A stretch of 64,000 nt of DNA from Pseudomonadota bacterium (GCA_043821645.1 JBDRCO010000037.1:32001-96000); one strand, 5' to 3'. Positions 48,163 through 58,481 are shown, counted from the first letter of the stretch. The notes: generated from the letters alone by a model not told the origin. Numbers and translations: made by a program.

Positions 48163-48908
48163 GGTCCTTGCGCTCCCCGCGCCCTGGCACGCACCTGAGG
48201 CGCTGGCTGCGCGCGCCCTCGACCGTTCGTGGCGACGAGGAACGGGACCCGGGCGCATGGGACCGCTGGCTGCTGCGCCTGCTGGATCCGCGGCGTGTGC
48301 TGCTGGTTGGTGACGTACTGGTCGACCGGCGGGTGTTACGACAGAGCTTCGCCTGCGTGTCCCGTCGCTGCATCGGTGCAGATCGCGGGGACCTTCGGAG
48401 CTGCTGTGCGGATCTGGCGGTGCCCCTGAGCGACCCGGAGCGAGGCCACTTGCAGCGACACCAGCAGCTCCTGGCTCGGCACCTGTGGCGCCACGAGCCT
48501 GGACTGAGACCCTGGCTCGACGCGAACCCGCGTGCCCGTGAGCTGTTCATCGAGCCTGGAGGCGTTCTCGCGCGACCCCATGGCCGCTGCGTGTTCTCGC
48601 GCGTCGGGAGCGATGGGGCCATTCGCTGCCGCCTGCGCGCCGTGGCACGATCTGCCGGGCTTCCGCGTCTGACATTGCAGCCCTTGAGCTGCGCCCTGTT
48701 CCCGCTGGTGGTGGTCGAGACCAGCCCTGGCCGCCTGCTGCTGTCCCTGGTGACGACGGACAATCATCGACTGCTGGGTCAACCCGCCCCACGGCACTTT
48801 CCGTGCCTGTCCGACCCCTTGCTGCCGCCGCTGGTCGAGAGCGTGCGTGGGGACCTTGCCCTGCTGTTCGGCAGGGAATTCGCCCTCGCGCTGGCAAAGC
48901 AGGCTTGA
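48159..48908 (+). CDS. Cys-rich protein, DUF3109/YkgJ-like
   Basis: FAC...C...SCC, GRCVF, CRL, QPLSCALFPL; GTGA overlap with the oxidoreductase. Confidence 0.68.
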   Translation: MRSLRSPRPGTHLRRWLRAPSTVRGDEERDPGAWDRWLLRLLDPRRVLLVGDVLVDRRVLRQSFACVSRRCIGADRGDLRSCCADLAVPLSDPERGHLQRHQQLLARHLWRHEPGLRPWLDANPRARELFIEPGGVLARPHGRCVFSRVGSDGAIRCRLRAVARSAGLPRLTLQPLSCALFPLVVVETSPGRLLLSLVTTDNHRLLGQPAPRHFPCLSDPLLPPLVESVRGDLALLFGREFALALAKQA

Positions 48909-48980
48909 GCTTCAGGTCTCGGAGCCGTGCAAAGACGTCCGGCCTCAGCAAGCGGGGCGCAGGTGGCGTCGAGAACTCTG

Positions 48981-51260
48981 TCAGCGACGGGAGTGGCGGC
49001 GAAGGACGAAGATCAGGGCCAGTGTCAGAACAAGTGTGGCCGGGGTACCTGCTGTGGACTGGGCGCAGCCGCAGCCACCAGCGTCGGGGTCAATCTTTGC
49101 GGCGCCCGAGTCCTGCCCCGTCACTGTCGCGTCGACGCCGACCACACTTGAATCCAGGCCCGTCATCGTGTCCGTGCCGGTGCTACTGTCCTGATCCGTG
49201 GCAGAATCCGCGGTCGTCGCAGCATCCGCGACCGTCGTGGCATCCGTACCCGTGAAGGTGTCCATGCCGGTCGCAGCATCTGTCCCCATCGCGGTGTCCG
49301 TTCCGACACCGGCATCGCTGCTCGTCGAGCTGTCACGGCCGGTCGAGGCGTCGACCGCGCTGCTGGCATCTGTCCCCACCCCTGCATCCTGCCCCATGGC
49401 CGCGTCAGCGCCTGCGCCTGTATCTGAGCCTGAGCTTGCGTCGCTGGCCACGGCCGCGTCTGTCGCGGTCCCGGCGTCCGCCACGCTGGCATCCGCGCCG
49501 GTCGCGGCATCCGAGCCTGAAGCAGCGTCCAGCCCAGCTCCTGCGTCCGCCGCCGGATCTTCGACCAGGGTGCTGGCGCTGGCGCTGTTGTTGGCTTTGT
49601 TGGGTTCAAGGCCCGTGGCCGTGACCGCAACACTGACATCGAGATCACCCGCCGTCTGTGGTGTGACCACCAGCCGCATCATCCAGGTCGCACCGGCCGT
49701 GAGTGTACCGATGGTGCAGGTGGTCCCGGCGCAGGACCCACTGCCTGACACCAGGCTCAGGGACGCGGTCAAACCACCCGGGACAGTCGCCGCGACGCTG
49801 GCCTGGGAGCCGTCCTCGGGACCGGTGCTGTGCACGGTGATGTCGTAGCCGGCGTCGTTCCCCAGCAACACCGGATCCGCATCCTCGGTGATGGTGATCT
49901 GGGCGTCGAAGCCGCGACCCTCCAGGGCTCCGATATCGACGTGGGCACCCAGGATGCGAGCCTGGCCGTTCAGGTCGTTCGTGCCAAGTCCGGCTGCCGG
50001 ACTGTCGTTCCCGGTGTCGATGGCCGGCGAGCCGGGCAGGGGCACGTAGTTGCCCTGAATGCGATCGGTGAACAGGGGGTCCACCCCGACCAGGCTGTGG
50101 TCCGCGCTCGGGCAGCCCGTCAGATCGTCGGTGCCATTGCCATGCACCAGCACATTGGCCAGCGAGGTGGTCCCCGAGGTGCTGCTGCACAGCGCAGCCA
50201 GTCCGCCGTTGTCGGCGATGGTCAGGTTCACCAGATCGAGGCTACATGTGGTCGAGACCTGGCTCAGACCCAGACCCCGGGTGTTGCCCTTGACCACGGA
50301 GGAGTCGCGCAGGAGCACGCTCAGGTTGCCAAGCCCCGGGAGGTGGATCTGATTGCCGTCGGTATTGGCGTCGTCGTCATTGGCTGAGAACAGAACCCGC
50401 TCCACGGTCAGTGAACCGTTGTTGCCACCGCCGCCGCCCACGCTCAGACCGCTGCCTCGGCTGGACGTGATCTGTCCGGAGATGGCGTTGTCTCGCACGT
50501 ACATCTGCGACAGCGTGCCCTGGGCGGTACCGTCCAGGGAGACGAACAGTCCCGCTCCTGCGGCCAGGCTTGCCAGGTGGGTGGAATCGCCGAGGAGAAT
50601 GGAATTGCCCGCGACACCTTCGCCACCGATGCTGAACGAACTGGCGTCCGATGCGCTGATGTACACCCCGGCGCCCAGGCCCTGGACCGTGGCATCGGCG
50701 TTCTCGATCGTGTTGCCGGCAAACCAGCTTCGCAGCGCCGTGAGATTCGCGGTGTCCCCGAGCACGGCATACAGGCCAGCACCTGCGCTGGTGGCCTGGT
50801 TGGCCATCAGCCATACCTCCTCGAGCATCACGGTGCCCGCACCCCGCGCATGCACCCAGATGCCACCGCCCTGAGTTGCCAGGCCTTCGCGGAGGGTCAA
50901 TTGCTTGACCGTGACGTCGGTGCCCACCACGTCCAGGTGCAGCACCGTGTCCGAGCTGCCACCGGAGATCACCGTCATCGAACTGTCGTTGGAAGCAAAG
51001 CTGAACTGGTTGTCCCAGCCGCCGCTGATGTGCAGGGTGCCCGCCGTGAAGGTGTCCGGTACGACAAGGTTCTCAGTGTATTCGCCCTGCTCGATAAGCA
51101 CGTTGCCGCCACCGTCGGCAATGGCCGCGGCGAGGCCCTCGGCGACGGTCGCATAGGTTCCGTCTGCACCAACCGTGAAGTCCGCAGCACTGGCCGGGTT
51201 GGGCAGGGCGAGAATACCCGTCACGCCCAGGACCGTGAGAACTCGTGTCTGTGTGTTCAT
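48981..51260 (-). CDS. Surface protein: beta-helix, choice-of-anchor-Q-like segment, DUF11, Asp hexapeptide stalk, MYXO-CTERM-like anchor
   Basis: Signal ending ASA; SPAIDTG...DIGALE; DADPV..G..YDITV...NNSAS; GGCGC-TM-RRHSRR. Confidence 0.82.
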   Translation of the reverse strand: MNTQTRVLTVLGVTGILALPNPASAADFTVGADGTYATVAEGLAAAIADGGGNVLIEQGEYTENLVVPDTFTAGTLHISGGWDNQFSFASNDSSMTVISGGSSDTVLHLDVVGTDVTVKQLTLREGLATQGGGIWVHARGAGTVMLEEVWLMANQATSAGAGLYAVLGDTANLTALRSWFAGNTIENADATVQGLGAGVYISASDASSFSIGGEGVAGNSILLGDSTHLASLAAGAGLFVSLDGTAQGTLSQMYVRDNAISGQITSSRGSGLSVGGGGGNNGSLTVERVLFSANDDDANTDGNQIHLPGLGNLSVLLRDSSVVKGNTRGLGLSQVSTTCSLDLVNLTIADNGGLAALCSSTSGTTSLANVLVHGNGTDDLTGCPSADHSLVGVDPLFTDRIQGNYVPLPGSPAIDTGNDSPAAGLGTNDLNGQARILGAHVDIGALEGRGFDAQITITEDADPVLLGNDAGYDITVHSTGPEDGSQASVAATVPGGLTASLSLVSGSGSCAGTTCTIGTLTAGATWMMRLVVTPQTAGDLDVSVAVTATGLEPNKANNSASASTLVEDPAADAGAGLDAASGSDAATGADASVADAGTATDAAVASDASSGSDTGAGADAAMGQDAGVGTDASSAVDASTGRDSSTSSDAGVGTDTAMGTDAATGMDTFTGTDATTVADAATTADSATDQDSSTGTDTMTGLDSSVVGVDATVTGQDSGAAKIDPDAGGCGCAQSTAGTPATLVLTLALIFVLRRHSRR
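49095..49547 (-). repeat. Degenerate 18-bp (hexapeptide D-x5) coding tandem repeat
   Basis: 22 consecutive Asp-initiated units, 21 exactly 6 aa (DAGAGL DAASGS DAATGA ...), then a few 7-aa units. Confidence 0.85.
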
Positions 51261-51458
51261 GTTGTTCCCCATCCAGGCCGTCCGCTGGACTTGTGTCATC
51301 GCTGCAGGCCTGAGGGCGAATCTAGGCTGCAGGCCGAGAAATTCCACGGACTTTTTGCGGGAGAGTGGGGGGGACTCGAAGCCGTGCCGGATCAGGGCAT
51401 CCTGGTGTCGGGCACCCGGGCGATGCGTCCGGAAGTCTCGCCTGACTGGGGGACAGGC

Positions 51459-51647
51459 TCAGGCGCGGAGCAGGGTATACAGCTCCTGTGCCTCGGGGAT
51501 AGTGAAGCCGCTCTCGAGCAGCACGGCAAAGAAACCAGAGAACTCAAGCCTGCGCTCGGCCACGAAACTCTCGAGCTGCGCCAGGACTGCGCGGTGCTCG
51601 GTGATCCGGTGCAGAAGCTGCTTCCAGTTCAGGCTCGAGGTCTTCAT
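51459..51647 (-). CDS. Small hypothetical helical protein (62 aa)
   Basis: ATG with GGGGA RBS; MKTSSLNWKQLLHRITEHR...; GC3-rich codons. Confidence 0.45.
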   Translation of the reverse strand: MKTSSLNWKQLLHRITEHRAVLAQLESFVAERRLEFSGFFAVLLESGFTIPEAQELYTLLRA

Positions 51648-51930
51648 GGTGTCCCCGTCGACCTTCACCGTGGTCGTGGCTGGAGTATCGGCAGCCGCGA
51701 GCTCGTGTGCTGTGGCGAAGCGCACACTCGAGATCGACCGCCAGTAAAAGGACCTGAGTACAGGGGCTTGACCCGCGGTTCCAGGACTCGGTCAACCGCC
51801 CCATGGTCGGCCGCGCGAGCTCATCGGCATGTCGAAAGTTCTCTCCATCCCGCAGAGATTCGTACCCGACCTTGCTGCCGTGGAGGTAGCACGCTAGGTG
51901 CTTCACTGCGCGACGCAGCGAGGTCCAGAC

Positions 51931-52755
51931 ATGTCGACCGCGTTCTACGAATTGTTGCAGCCCTACGACGTGGTGACCCAGGCCTTGCTGGCGACCCTGT
52001 TCACCTGGTTCGTCACCGCGCTCGGTGCCTCCCTGGTGTTCTTCACCGGGCGTTTCAACCAGAAACTCCTTGACGGCATGCTGGGCATGGCCGCCGGCGT
52101 GATGATCGCGGCCAGCTTCTGGTCCCTGCTGGCACCTGCCATTGACATGACGGGAGGCGACTGGAAACCCGCGACCATCGGATTCTTGCTGGGCGGCGGT
52201 GGGCTCTACCTCATCGACAAGATCCTGCCGCACCTCCACTCCGGTCTCGACGTCAGCCAGGCCGAGGGTATCAAGACCTCGTGGCAGCGCAGCGTGTTGC
52301 TGGTGATGGCCATCACCCTGCACAACATCCCCGAGGGGCTGGCCGTGGGCGTGGCCTTCGGCGCCGTTGCTCACGCGACCAGCGCCGCCGATGCGCAGAC
52401 CGCCATGCTGGGAGGGGTGGCTCTGGCCATCGGTATCGGTCTGCAGAACTTCCCCGAAGGGCTCGCCGTGGCCATGCCACTCAGGCGCGAGGGCATGGGC
52501 AAGTTCAAGAGCTTCGTGTACGGCCAGGCCTCTGGGGTGGTCGAGCCCATGGCTGGCGTGCTGGGTGCCTGGGCCGTGCTCTCCATGCAGAGCGTGCTGC
52601 CCTATGCCCTGGCCTTCGCCGCCGGTGCCATGATCTTCGTCGTGGTCGAGGAACTCATCCCCGAGTCGCACCGCAATGGCTTCTCTGACTTCGCCACCGT
52701 CGGCACCTTGCTGGGCTTTGCGGTGATGATGATGCTCGACGTGGCGCTGGGCTGA
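51931..52755 (+). CDS. ZIP-family metal transporter (ZupT/GufA-like)
   Basis: [38 protein letters not shown]. Confidence 0.93.
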   Translation: MSTAFYELLQPYDVVTQALLATLFTWFVTALGASLVFFTGRFNQKLLDGMLGMAAGVMIAASFWSLLAPAIDMTGGDWKPATIGFLLGGGGLYLIDKILPHLHSGLDVSQAEGIKTSWQRSVLLVMAITLHNIPEGLAVGVAFGAVAHATSAADAQTAMLGGVALAIGIGLQNFPEGLAVAMPLRREGMGKFKSFVYGQASGVVEPMAGVLGAWAVLSMQSVLPYALAFAAGAMIFVVVEELIPESHRNGFSDFATVGTLLGFAVMMMLDVALG

Positions 52756-52767
52756 GCAGCTGGCACC

Positions 52768-53580
52768 TCACAGCCGAAGCGCGATCCCCAGACCCCCGCC
52801 GAGCGATCCCCCCCCGTCATCGACCAGGCTGCGCAGGTACAGGTCGACCTGGAAATCCGGGTGGATGCTGTAGGCTGCTCCTGCACCAAACGAGAGAAGG
52901 GGGCTGCCTTCGAGGGTCAAGGCTCCCTGCACGAAGCTGTCCACGAACAGACGGAGGTCTGTGGTCCAGGGTGTCAGCGGCCGCCACAGGGACGCCGTGG
53001 CACGCCACAGCGCGCTTTGACTCGGCCTGCCGTCGATGGCACCGACGAGGACCAGGTTCGTACCCAGGGACAGGTCGAGCGGGAGTGAAAAATCTGCAAT
53101 CAACGCCGTCTTGAGCAGGAGCTGCGACGCGCTGAAGCGCTCGGTCCCAAAGGGTGCCACCAGCGACACCAGCACACCCATGCTCGGCTGCCACATGGCC
53201 GCATCGGATCCCGGCTGGGCGAAGTTCCACTTGAGACCCAGGCCGAGATCCGAAATCCCGGCATGCAGTTGCACGCCCGCATCCTGCACGGGCTCCAGGT
53301 CCACAGCGGGTCCATCGCTCTCGAGGTGCAGCTCGACGACCTCGGAGACGCCCAGCCGCAACTTGAACGGGACACGAAGTGCCGTGCTGTTGGGCTCACC
53401 CAATGCCGTGCTCTGATCCACACCCAGCTCGAGCTGGATGTGTCCGCTCCCCACCGTGCCGCTCCCGTCCGGTGCGTCCGGTCGATCGGAGGACAGCGCC
53501 GAGGGCCCGGCCGCGGCGAAGGCACCTGGCAGATTGCCCATCAGGAGCACCAGGGATGGCAGAACGGAACGATGCCGCAT
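52768..53580 (-). CDS. Outer-membrane beta-barrel channel (Phenol_MetA_deg / 'transporter' family)
   Basis: Signal peptide; SDRPD...TVGSGHIQLELG, GISDLGLGLK, amphipathic terminal strand GLGIALRL. Confidence 0.72.
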   Translation of the reverse strand: MRHRSVLPSLVLLMGNLPGAFAAAGPSALSSDRPDAPDGSGTVGSGHIQLELGVDQSTALGEPNSTALRVPFKLRLGVSEVVELHLESDGPAVDLEPVQDAGVQLHAGISDLGLGLKWNFAQPGSDAAMWQPSMGVLVSLVAPFGTERFSASQLLLKTALIADFSLPLDLSLGTNLVLVGAIDGRPSQSALWRATASLWRPLTPWTTDLRLFVDSFVQGALTLEGSPLLSFGAGAAYSIHPDFQVDLYLRSLVDDGGGSLGGGLGIALRL

Positions 53581-53594
53581 GTCAGCTCCTCCGC

Positions 53595-53648
53595 GTTGTC
53601 GAGGTGATCAGGAACGGGTTGTCGAGGTGATCAGGAACGGGTTGTCGA
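53595..53648. repeat. Perfect 23-bp tandem repeat (2 copies plus 8 bp)
   Basis: GTTGTCGAGGTGATCAGGAACGG at 53595 and 53618, partial at 53641; spans the symporter stop codon. Confidence 0.95.
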
Positions 53649-54989
53649 TACGCGCGCTGCGAGGTAGTCCCGGGTCTCGCTTACCACCACCGGCGTCAGC
53701 AGCAGCAGCGCGACCAGGTTCGGAAAGGCCATCAGGCCGTTGAAGATGTCGGCGAGTCCCCACACCAGGTCCAGCTTGAGTACGGCGCCGACACCGATGA
53801 AGAGCACGAACACGTAGCGATAGGGTTTCACCGACACCGGTCCCAGCAGGTACTCGATGCTCTTCTCGCCGTAGTAGCTCCAGCCCAGCATGGTCGAGTA
53901 GGCGAACAGGATGAGGCCTATGGCGACGATGAGGTCACCCCAGGTGCCGGGCAGGCCAGCCTCGAAGGCCACGGTGGTGAGCTCGGCGCCGGTCTTGCCA
54001 TTGTTCCAGGTGCCGCTGACGATGAGCACCAGGCCCGTCATGGTGCACACGACCAGGGTATCGATGAAGGTCTGGGTCATGGACACCAACGCCTGGGACA
54101 CCGGGTGCTTGGTCTGTGCTGCGGCCGCCGCGATGGGTGCCGAGCCCAGGCCGCTTTCGTTGCTGAACAAGCCGCGCGCCACGCCCATGCGGATGGTCAT
54201 CATGACGGTGGCGCCGAGAAATCCCCCCGACGCTGCGGTGGGTGTGAAGGCCTCGCTGAACACCAGGGCCAGGGCGGCCGGGATGCGGTCGACGAAGATC
54301 GCCAGGATGACCAGCGCGCCCAGCGAGTAGAACACGATCATCACGGGCACCAGCACCGAGGTCACGCGGCCTATGCTCTTGATGCCACCGATGATGACCA
54401 GGGCCGTCGCCACCATGAGCACCACGCCGCTCACCCAGGTGGGGACGCCGAAGCTCGCACGCACCGCGCTGGCCACCGAGTTGCTCTGCACCATGTTGCC
54501 GATGCCAAAGGCGCTCAGGGATGCGAAGACTGCGAACAGCACGGCCAGCCAGCGCTGCTTCAGGCCCTTCTCGATGTAGTACATGGGGCCGCCGCGAACC
54601 TGGCCGCTGGCGTCGATCTCGCGGTACTTCACGGCGAGCACGGCCTCGGCGTACTTGCTGGCCATGCCGACCAGGCCGGTCACCCACATCCAGAACAGCG
54701 CCCCCGGCCCACCTGCGGCGATGGCCGTGGCCACGCCTGCGATGTTGCCGGTGCCGACCGTCGCCGACAGCGCCGTCATCAAGGCTTGAAAGTGTGTGAT
54801 GTCGCCTGGCTGGTCGTCGTCCTCGCGACGCTTGACCAGCGCCAGGTACAGCGCATGCCCGAGGTGGGTGAACTGAAGGCCCGCGAGTCGGATGGTCAGC
54901 CACAGACCCGTGCCGACCAGCAGCAGCATCAGCGGCGCGCCCCATACGTAGCCGCCCAGCGTGTTGACGAGACCCTGCAGCGTGTCCAT
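53631..54989 (-). CDS. Alanine/glycine:cation symporter (AGCS family)
   Basis: [52 protein letters not shown]. Confidence 0.95.
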   Translation of the reverse strand: MDTLQGLVNTLGGYVWGAPLMLLLVGTGLWLTIRLAGLQFTHLGHALYLALVKRREDDDQPGDITHFQALMTALSATVGTGNIAGVATAIAAGGPGALFWMWVTGLVGMASKYAEAVLAVKYREIDASGQVRGGPMYYIEKGLKQRWLAVLFAVFASLSAFGIGNMVQSNSVASAVRASFGVPTWVSGVVLMVATALVIIGGIKSIGRVTSVLVPVMIVFYSLGALVILAIFVDRIPAALALVFSEAFTPTAASGGFLGATVMMTIRMGVARGLFSNESGLGSAPIAAAAAQTKHPVSQALVSMTQTFIDTLVVCTMTGLVLIVSGTWNNGKTGAELTTVAFEAGLPGTWGDLIVAIGLILFAYSTMLGWSYYGEKSIEYLLGPVSVKPYRYVFVLFIGVGAVLKLDLVWGLADIFNGLMAFPNLVALLLLTPVVVSETRDYLAARVSTTRS

Positions 54990-55139
54990 GCCTGGACTCC
55001 TCACTCCGAGAGCGGAGCCACCCCTGCTCATGCCATCCCTGCCGACGAGAACGAGCCATTTTTCGAGGCAAGGTTGACCACGATCTCGCTTTTACATAGC
55101 AGCACATGCCAGTACAGTGCGAGCTTCAGGCGAGGAGAA

Positions 55140-56441
55140 ATGGACGCGGGCGGGGGGCGAGGCGTGACCGGTCTCAGCACGACGAGGAAGCTCAGTTACG
55201 CGGCCGGTGGTGCCGCGATGAACCTGAGCAACCTGGTCATCTCGCAGTGGCTGTTCGTGCTCTGGGCCTCGGGTGGGCCAAGTTCCCATGTGTCCCCGGC
55301 CCTGTTCGGCTCCCTGTTCATGCTGGGACGCGTCACCGACGCCATCACGGACCCGCTCATCGGCTACTGGAGCGACAACGCGCGCTACCGGCGCGGACGG
55401 CGCATACCTTTCATCGCCCTGGGGCTGCTGCCCTTTGCCGTGGTCTTCTTTCTGCTGTGGGTGCCACCGATCGAGGGGCGGCACTGGTTGAACGCGGTGT
55501 ATATCGCCCTCGTCATCCAGACCTATTTCGTGCTGTACACCATCGTCAACACCCCCTACGTGTCACTGCTGCCCGAGATCGCCGTCGAGGCGCGCGACCG
55601 CATCAACATCTCGACCCTGCAGGCTGTGTTCGTGATGCTCGGGACCATCGTGTTCGGTGCCATGAGCCTGGTGCTGGCCAGCGGTGGCTGGCGCGCCGTC
55701 GGTGTGGTGGTGGCAGTGGTCATCGTGGCGTCCTACTTGCCCACGGTGCTGGCGATCCGCGAGCGGCCCACGCTGCGCCATGACGTCGAGGGCGCACCCT
55801 CCGCGCTGTGGCCCTGGCTGCGCACCACCCTCCAGCATCGCGCTTTTTTGCATCTTGTCGCCGCCACGTCCCTGTGCTGGTTTGGCCTCAACCTGGCGCT
55901 GATGCTGGTGCCATTCTGGGTCCAGGACGTGCTCGGGCTACCAGAGGCTGCGGTGGCCAAGTTGATGGCGCCGTTCCTGATCAGCAACATCCTGTTCTTC
56001 GGGGTCTTCAACCTGCTCGCCAAGCGCTTTGGCAAGTACCGCATGTTCCTGGTGACGCTCATCGGTTCGGGCTTCGCCTTGCCGCTCATCGCCCTGGTCG
56101 GTGTCTTCGAGCTGGGATCGCCTCTGATCCTGTCCATGGTGGCGTTCGGTGTCGTCGGAGCGCCGGTCGCGGGCTTTCTCATGTTGCCTTTTGCGCTGCT
56201 GGCCGATGTGGTGGACGACGACGCGAAGGCCACTGGGCGCCGACGCGAGGCCATCTTCTTCGGCGTGCAGGCGATCTTTCAGAAGACTGTGATCGGCGCC
56301 AGCATCCTGGTGTTCGGACTACTGGCCGAGAACAGTGGAGCCACCGCGTTGCGAACGGTGGCGGTGGTGGCCGGTGTGGCCTGTCTGCTTGGAGCCGTGG
56401 CCTTCGTGGGATACCCGCTACGGTCCGTGGACAGGCGATGA
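55140..56441 (+). CDS. MFS glycoside-pentoside-hexuronide (MelB-like) transporter
   Basis: DAITDPLIGYWSD...GRRIPF, PYVSLLPEI, ADVVDDD...TGRRREAIFFG. Confidence 0.88.
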   Translation: MDAGGGRGVTGLSTTRKLSYAAGGAAMNLSNLVISQWLFVLWASGGPSSHVSPALFGSLFMLGRVTDAITDPLIGYWSDNARYRRGRRIPFIALGLLPFAVVFFLLWVPPIEGRHWLNAVYIALVIQTYFVLYTIVNTPYVSLLPEIAVEARDRINISTLQAVFVMLGTIVFGAMSLVLASGGWRAVGVVVAVVIVASYLPTVLAIRERPTLRHDVEGAPSALWPWLRTTLQHRAFLHLVAATSLCWFGLNLALMLVPFWVQDVLGLPEAAVAKLMAPFLISNILFFGVFNLLAKRFGKYRMFLVTLIGSGFALPLIALVGVFELGSPLILSMVAFGVVGAPVAGFLMLPFALLADVVDDDAKATGRRREAIFFGVQAIFQKTVIGASILVFGLLAENSGATALRTVAVVAGVACLLGAVAFVGYPLRSVDRR

Positions 56442-56474
56442 AGGGGCGCGCCTCGCGCGCGCGGGAGGGAGCCG

Positions 56475-58442
56475 ATGACGGATTCGCCCAAGACCGAGGC
56501 TTCGCCCGCGGCTGATCTGCAAGGGGTGGTCGAGTTCCAGCAGCGGCGCTTCGAATGCCTGGCCTCGCTCGTCGACGAGGTCGTGTTCGAGATGGACCAG
56601 CGCGGGGTCATGACCTACCTCAACGGCCGCGCCTACGAGATCTCGGGCTACCAGCCTGACGACCTCCGGGAGGGTTTCGACGCGACACAGCTCGTCGTCG
56701 AGGAGGACAGACCGCGCGCCAGGGACAACCTGGTCAAGCTGATGCAGGGAGCAGAACCGGAGGCGCACGAGTACACCGCCCGGCGCAAGGATGGCAGCAC
56801 CTTCCCGGGCATCACGCGCTCGGCGGTACTCCGTTCCCAGGGCCAGTTTCGCGGAGTGCTCGGGACAATCCGGGATATCAGCGCGCGACGCGAGGCCGAG
56901 AAGTTCGCTCGCGAGCGCGAGTACAGGTTTCAGACAGTGTTCCAGACCATCCCCGACGCCATCGCGGTCACCACGCTGGATGGGGTCTTTGTCGACGTCA
57001 ACGAGGGGTTCTGCGCGGTGACAGGGTACCGCCGCGAGCAGGTGGTCGGGCACAGCGTGTTCGACCTCGGCCTCTACTCGGACTTCTCGGATCGGGAACG
57101 CGGGCGTGAGGCACTCCTGGCCGCCGGCGCTCTCGCGAACTTCGAGACCGTGCTCATCCACAGCGATGGATTGCGGCGCGACGCCCTGATGTCCGCCCGC
57201 CTGTTCACGTGGGACGGCATCCCGCATCTGCTCACCGTGGGCCGCGACATCACCGAGAACAAGCGCGCCGAGCGCGAGCAGCACGAACTGGTCGAGCGCG
57301 TTCAGCAAGCCCAAAGGCTCGAGAGTCTGGGTGTGCTGGCGGGAGGCATCGCGCACGATTTCAACAACCTGCTCATGGGGATCCTAGGTCAGGCGGATGT
57401 CGGGCTGGCGGATGCCGAGGTGGGCAGCCCGGTGGCAGCCCGACTGTCGCAGATCCAGGATGTGGCGCGGCGCGCCGCCGAGCTGACCGGGCAGCTACTG
57501 GCTTACTCGGGCCACGGCCGCTTCGTGACGCAGCCCGTGGATTTGAGCCGGCTCGCTCGCGAGCTGCGCCCGCTCTTCGCCATGTCCGTGTCCAAGAAAG
57601 CCGAGCTGTGCTTCGAGTTGACCGAGGACCTGCCCGCCGTGCACGCCGATCCATCGCAGCTGCAGCAGGTGATGATGAACCTGGTTCTCAACGCAAGCGA
57701 GGCCCTCGTCGAGGGCTCCGGGCGCATCGGAATTCGCACGGGTGTGGCGCATCGCTCGGGACGGGAGCTGTCGGCCATGCCCCCGCACGAAGCGCGCAGC
57801 GATGGGCACTATGTCTTCGTCGAGGTGTGTGACGATGGCTGCGGTCTTGCCGACGACGTGCGCGATCGCATGTTCGAGCCCTTCTTCTCCACCAAGTTCA
57901 CCGGTCGCGGTCTGGGTCTGGCCGCCCTGCTGGGTATCGTGCGAAGTCACGGCGGTGCCATCGAGACCGGCCGCTGCGTACCCCAGGGCACGCGGATCCG
58001 GGTCTACCTGCCTGCCAGTGGTGCGCGGGTTCCTGCTCCCGACCCCGAGCCTGCAGTGGACACGACCTGGCGCGGTCAAGGCACGGTGCTGCTCATCGAC
58101 GACGATGCCGACGTGCGCATGGTCGGTGAGCTCATGCTGCGGCGGCTCGGTTTCGACGTGGTGCTTGCCGAGGATGGCTACCAGGGCTGCGAGCTTCTGG
58201 ATCAGCACAGGAGCGAGGTGCGTTGCGTACTCCTCGATCTGACCATGCCAGGCCTCGATGGCGTCGAGACCTTGATCCGTTTGCGCCAGGTGCGCGCTGA
58301 CGTGCCGGTGGTCCTCAGCAGCGGCTTCACGGAGCAGGATGCCGTGGAGCGCTTCGCCAAGGTCGAGCTGGCGGGATTTCTGCAAAAGCCCTACGGCACG
58401 GCGGCGCTGCGCGAAAAGCTGCGGCGGGCTCTCGGCGAGTGA
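56475..58442 (+). CDS. Cytoplasmic hybrid sensor kinase PAS-PAS-HisKA-HATPase-REC
   Basis: Two PAS/PAC domains, AGGIAHDFNNLL, NLVLNA, FEPFFSTK, GRGLGL, LLDLTMP, KPY. Confidence 0.93.
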   Translation: MTDSPKTEASPAADLQGVVEFQQRRFECLASLVDEVVFEMDQRGVMTYLNGRAYEISGYQPDDLREGFDATQLVVEEDRPRARDNLVKLMQGAEPEAHEYTARRKDGSTFPGITRSAVLRSQGQFRGVLGTIRDISARREAEKFAREREYRFQTVFQTIPDAIAVTTLDGVFVDVNEGFCAVTGYRREQVVGHSVFDLGLYSDFSDRERGREALLAAGALANFETVLIHSDGLRRDALMSARLFTWDGIPHLLTVGRDITENKRAEREQHELVERVQQAQRLESLGVLAGGIAHDFNNLLMGILGQADVGLADAEVGSPVAARLSQIQDVARRAAELTGQLLAYSGHGRFVTQPVDLSRLARELRPLFAMSVSKKAELCFELTEDLPAVHADPSQLQQVMMNLVLNASEALVEGSGRIGIRTGVAHRSGRELSAMPPHEARSDGHYVFVEVCDDGCGLADDVRDRMFEPFFSTKFTGRGLGLAALLGIVRSHGGAIETGRCVPQGTRIRVYLPASGARVPAPDPEPAVDTTWRGQGTVLLIDDDADVRMVGELMLRRLGFDVVLAEDGYQGCELLDQHRSEVRCVLLDLTMPGLDGVETLIRLRQVRADVPVVLSSGFTEQDAVERFAKVELAGFLQKPYGTAALREKLRRALGE

Positions 58443-58481
58443 GCCTCGGTGCAGGGACCCGGATCCGCTTCGCCTCCCCGT

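Noticed and set aside
51355-51390. Resemblance to the reverse complement of a tRNA 3' end (GCGGGAGAGTGGGGGGGACTCGAA)
   Set aside because: The T-stem does not pair, and there is no cloverleaf or CCA; likely chance.
53595-53648. 23-bp repeat as a mini CRISPR array
   Set aside because: Copies are contiguous with no spacers, and no cas genes are present.
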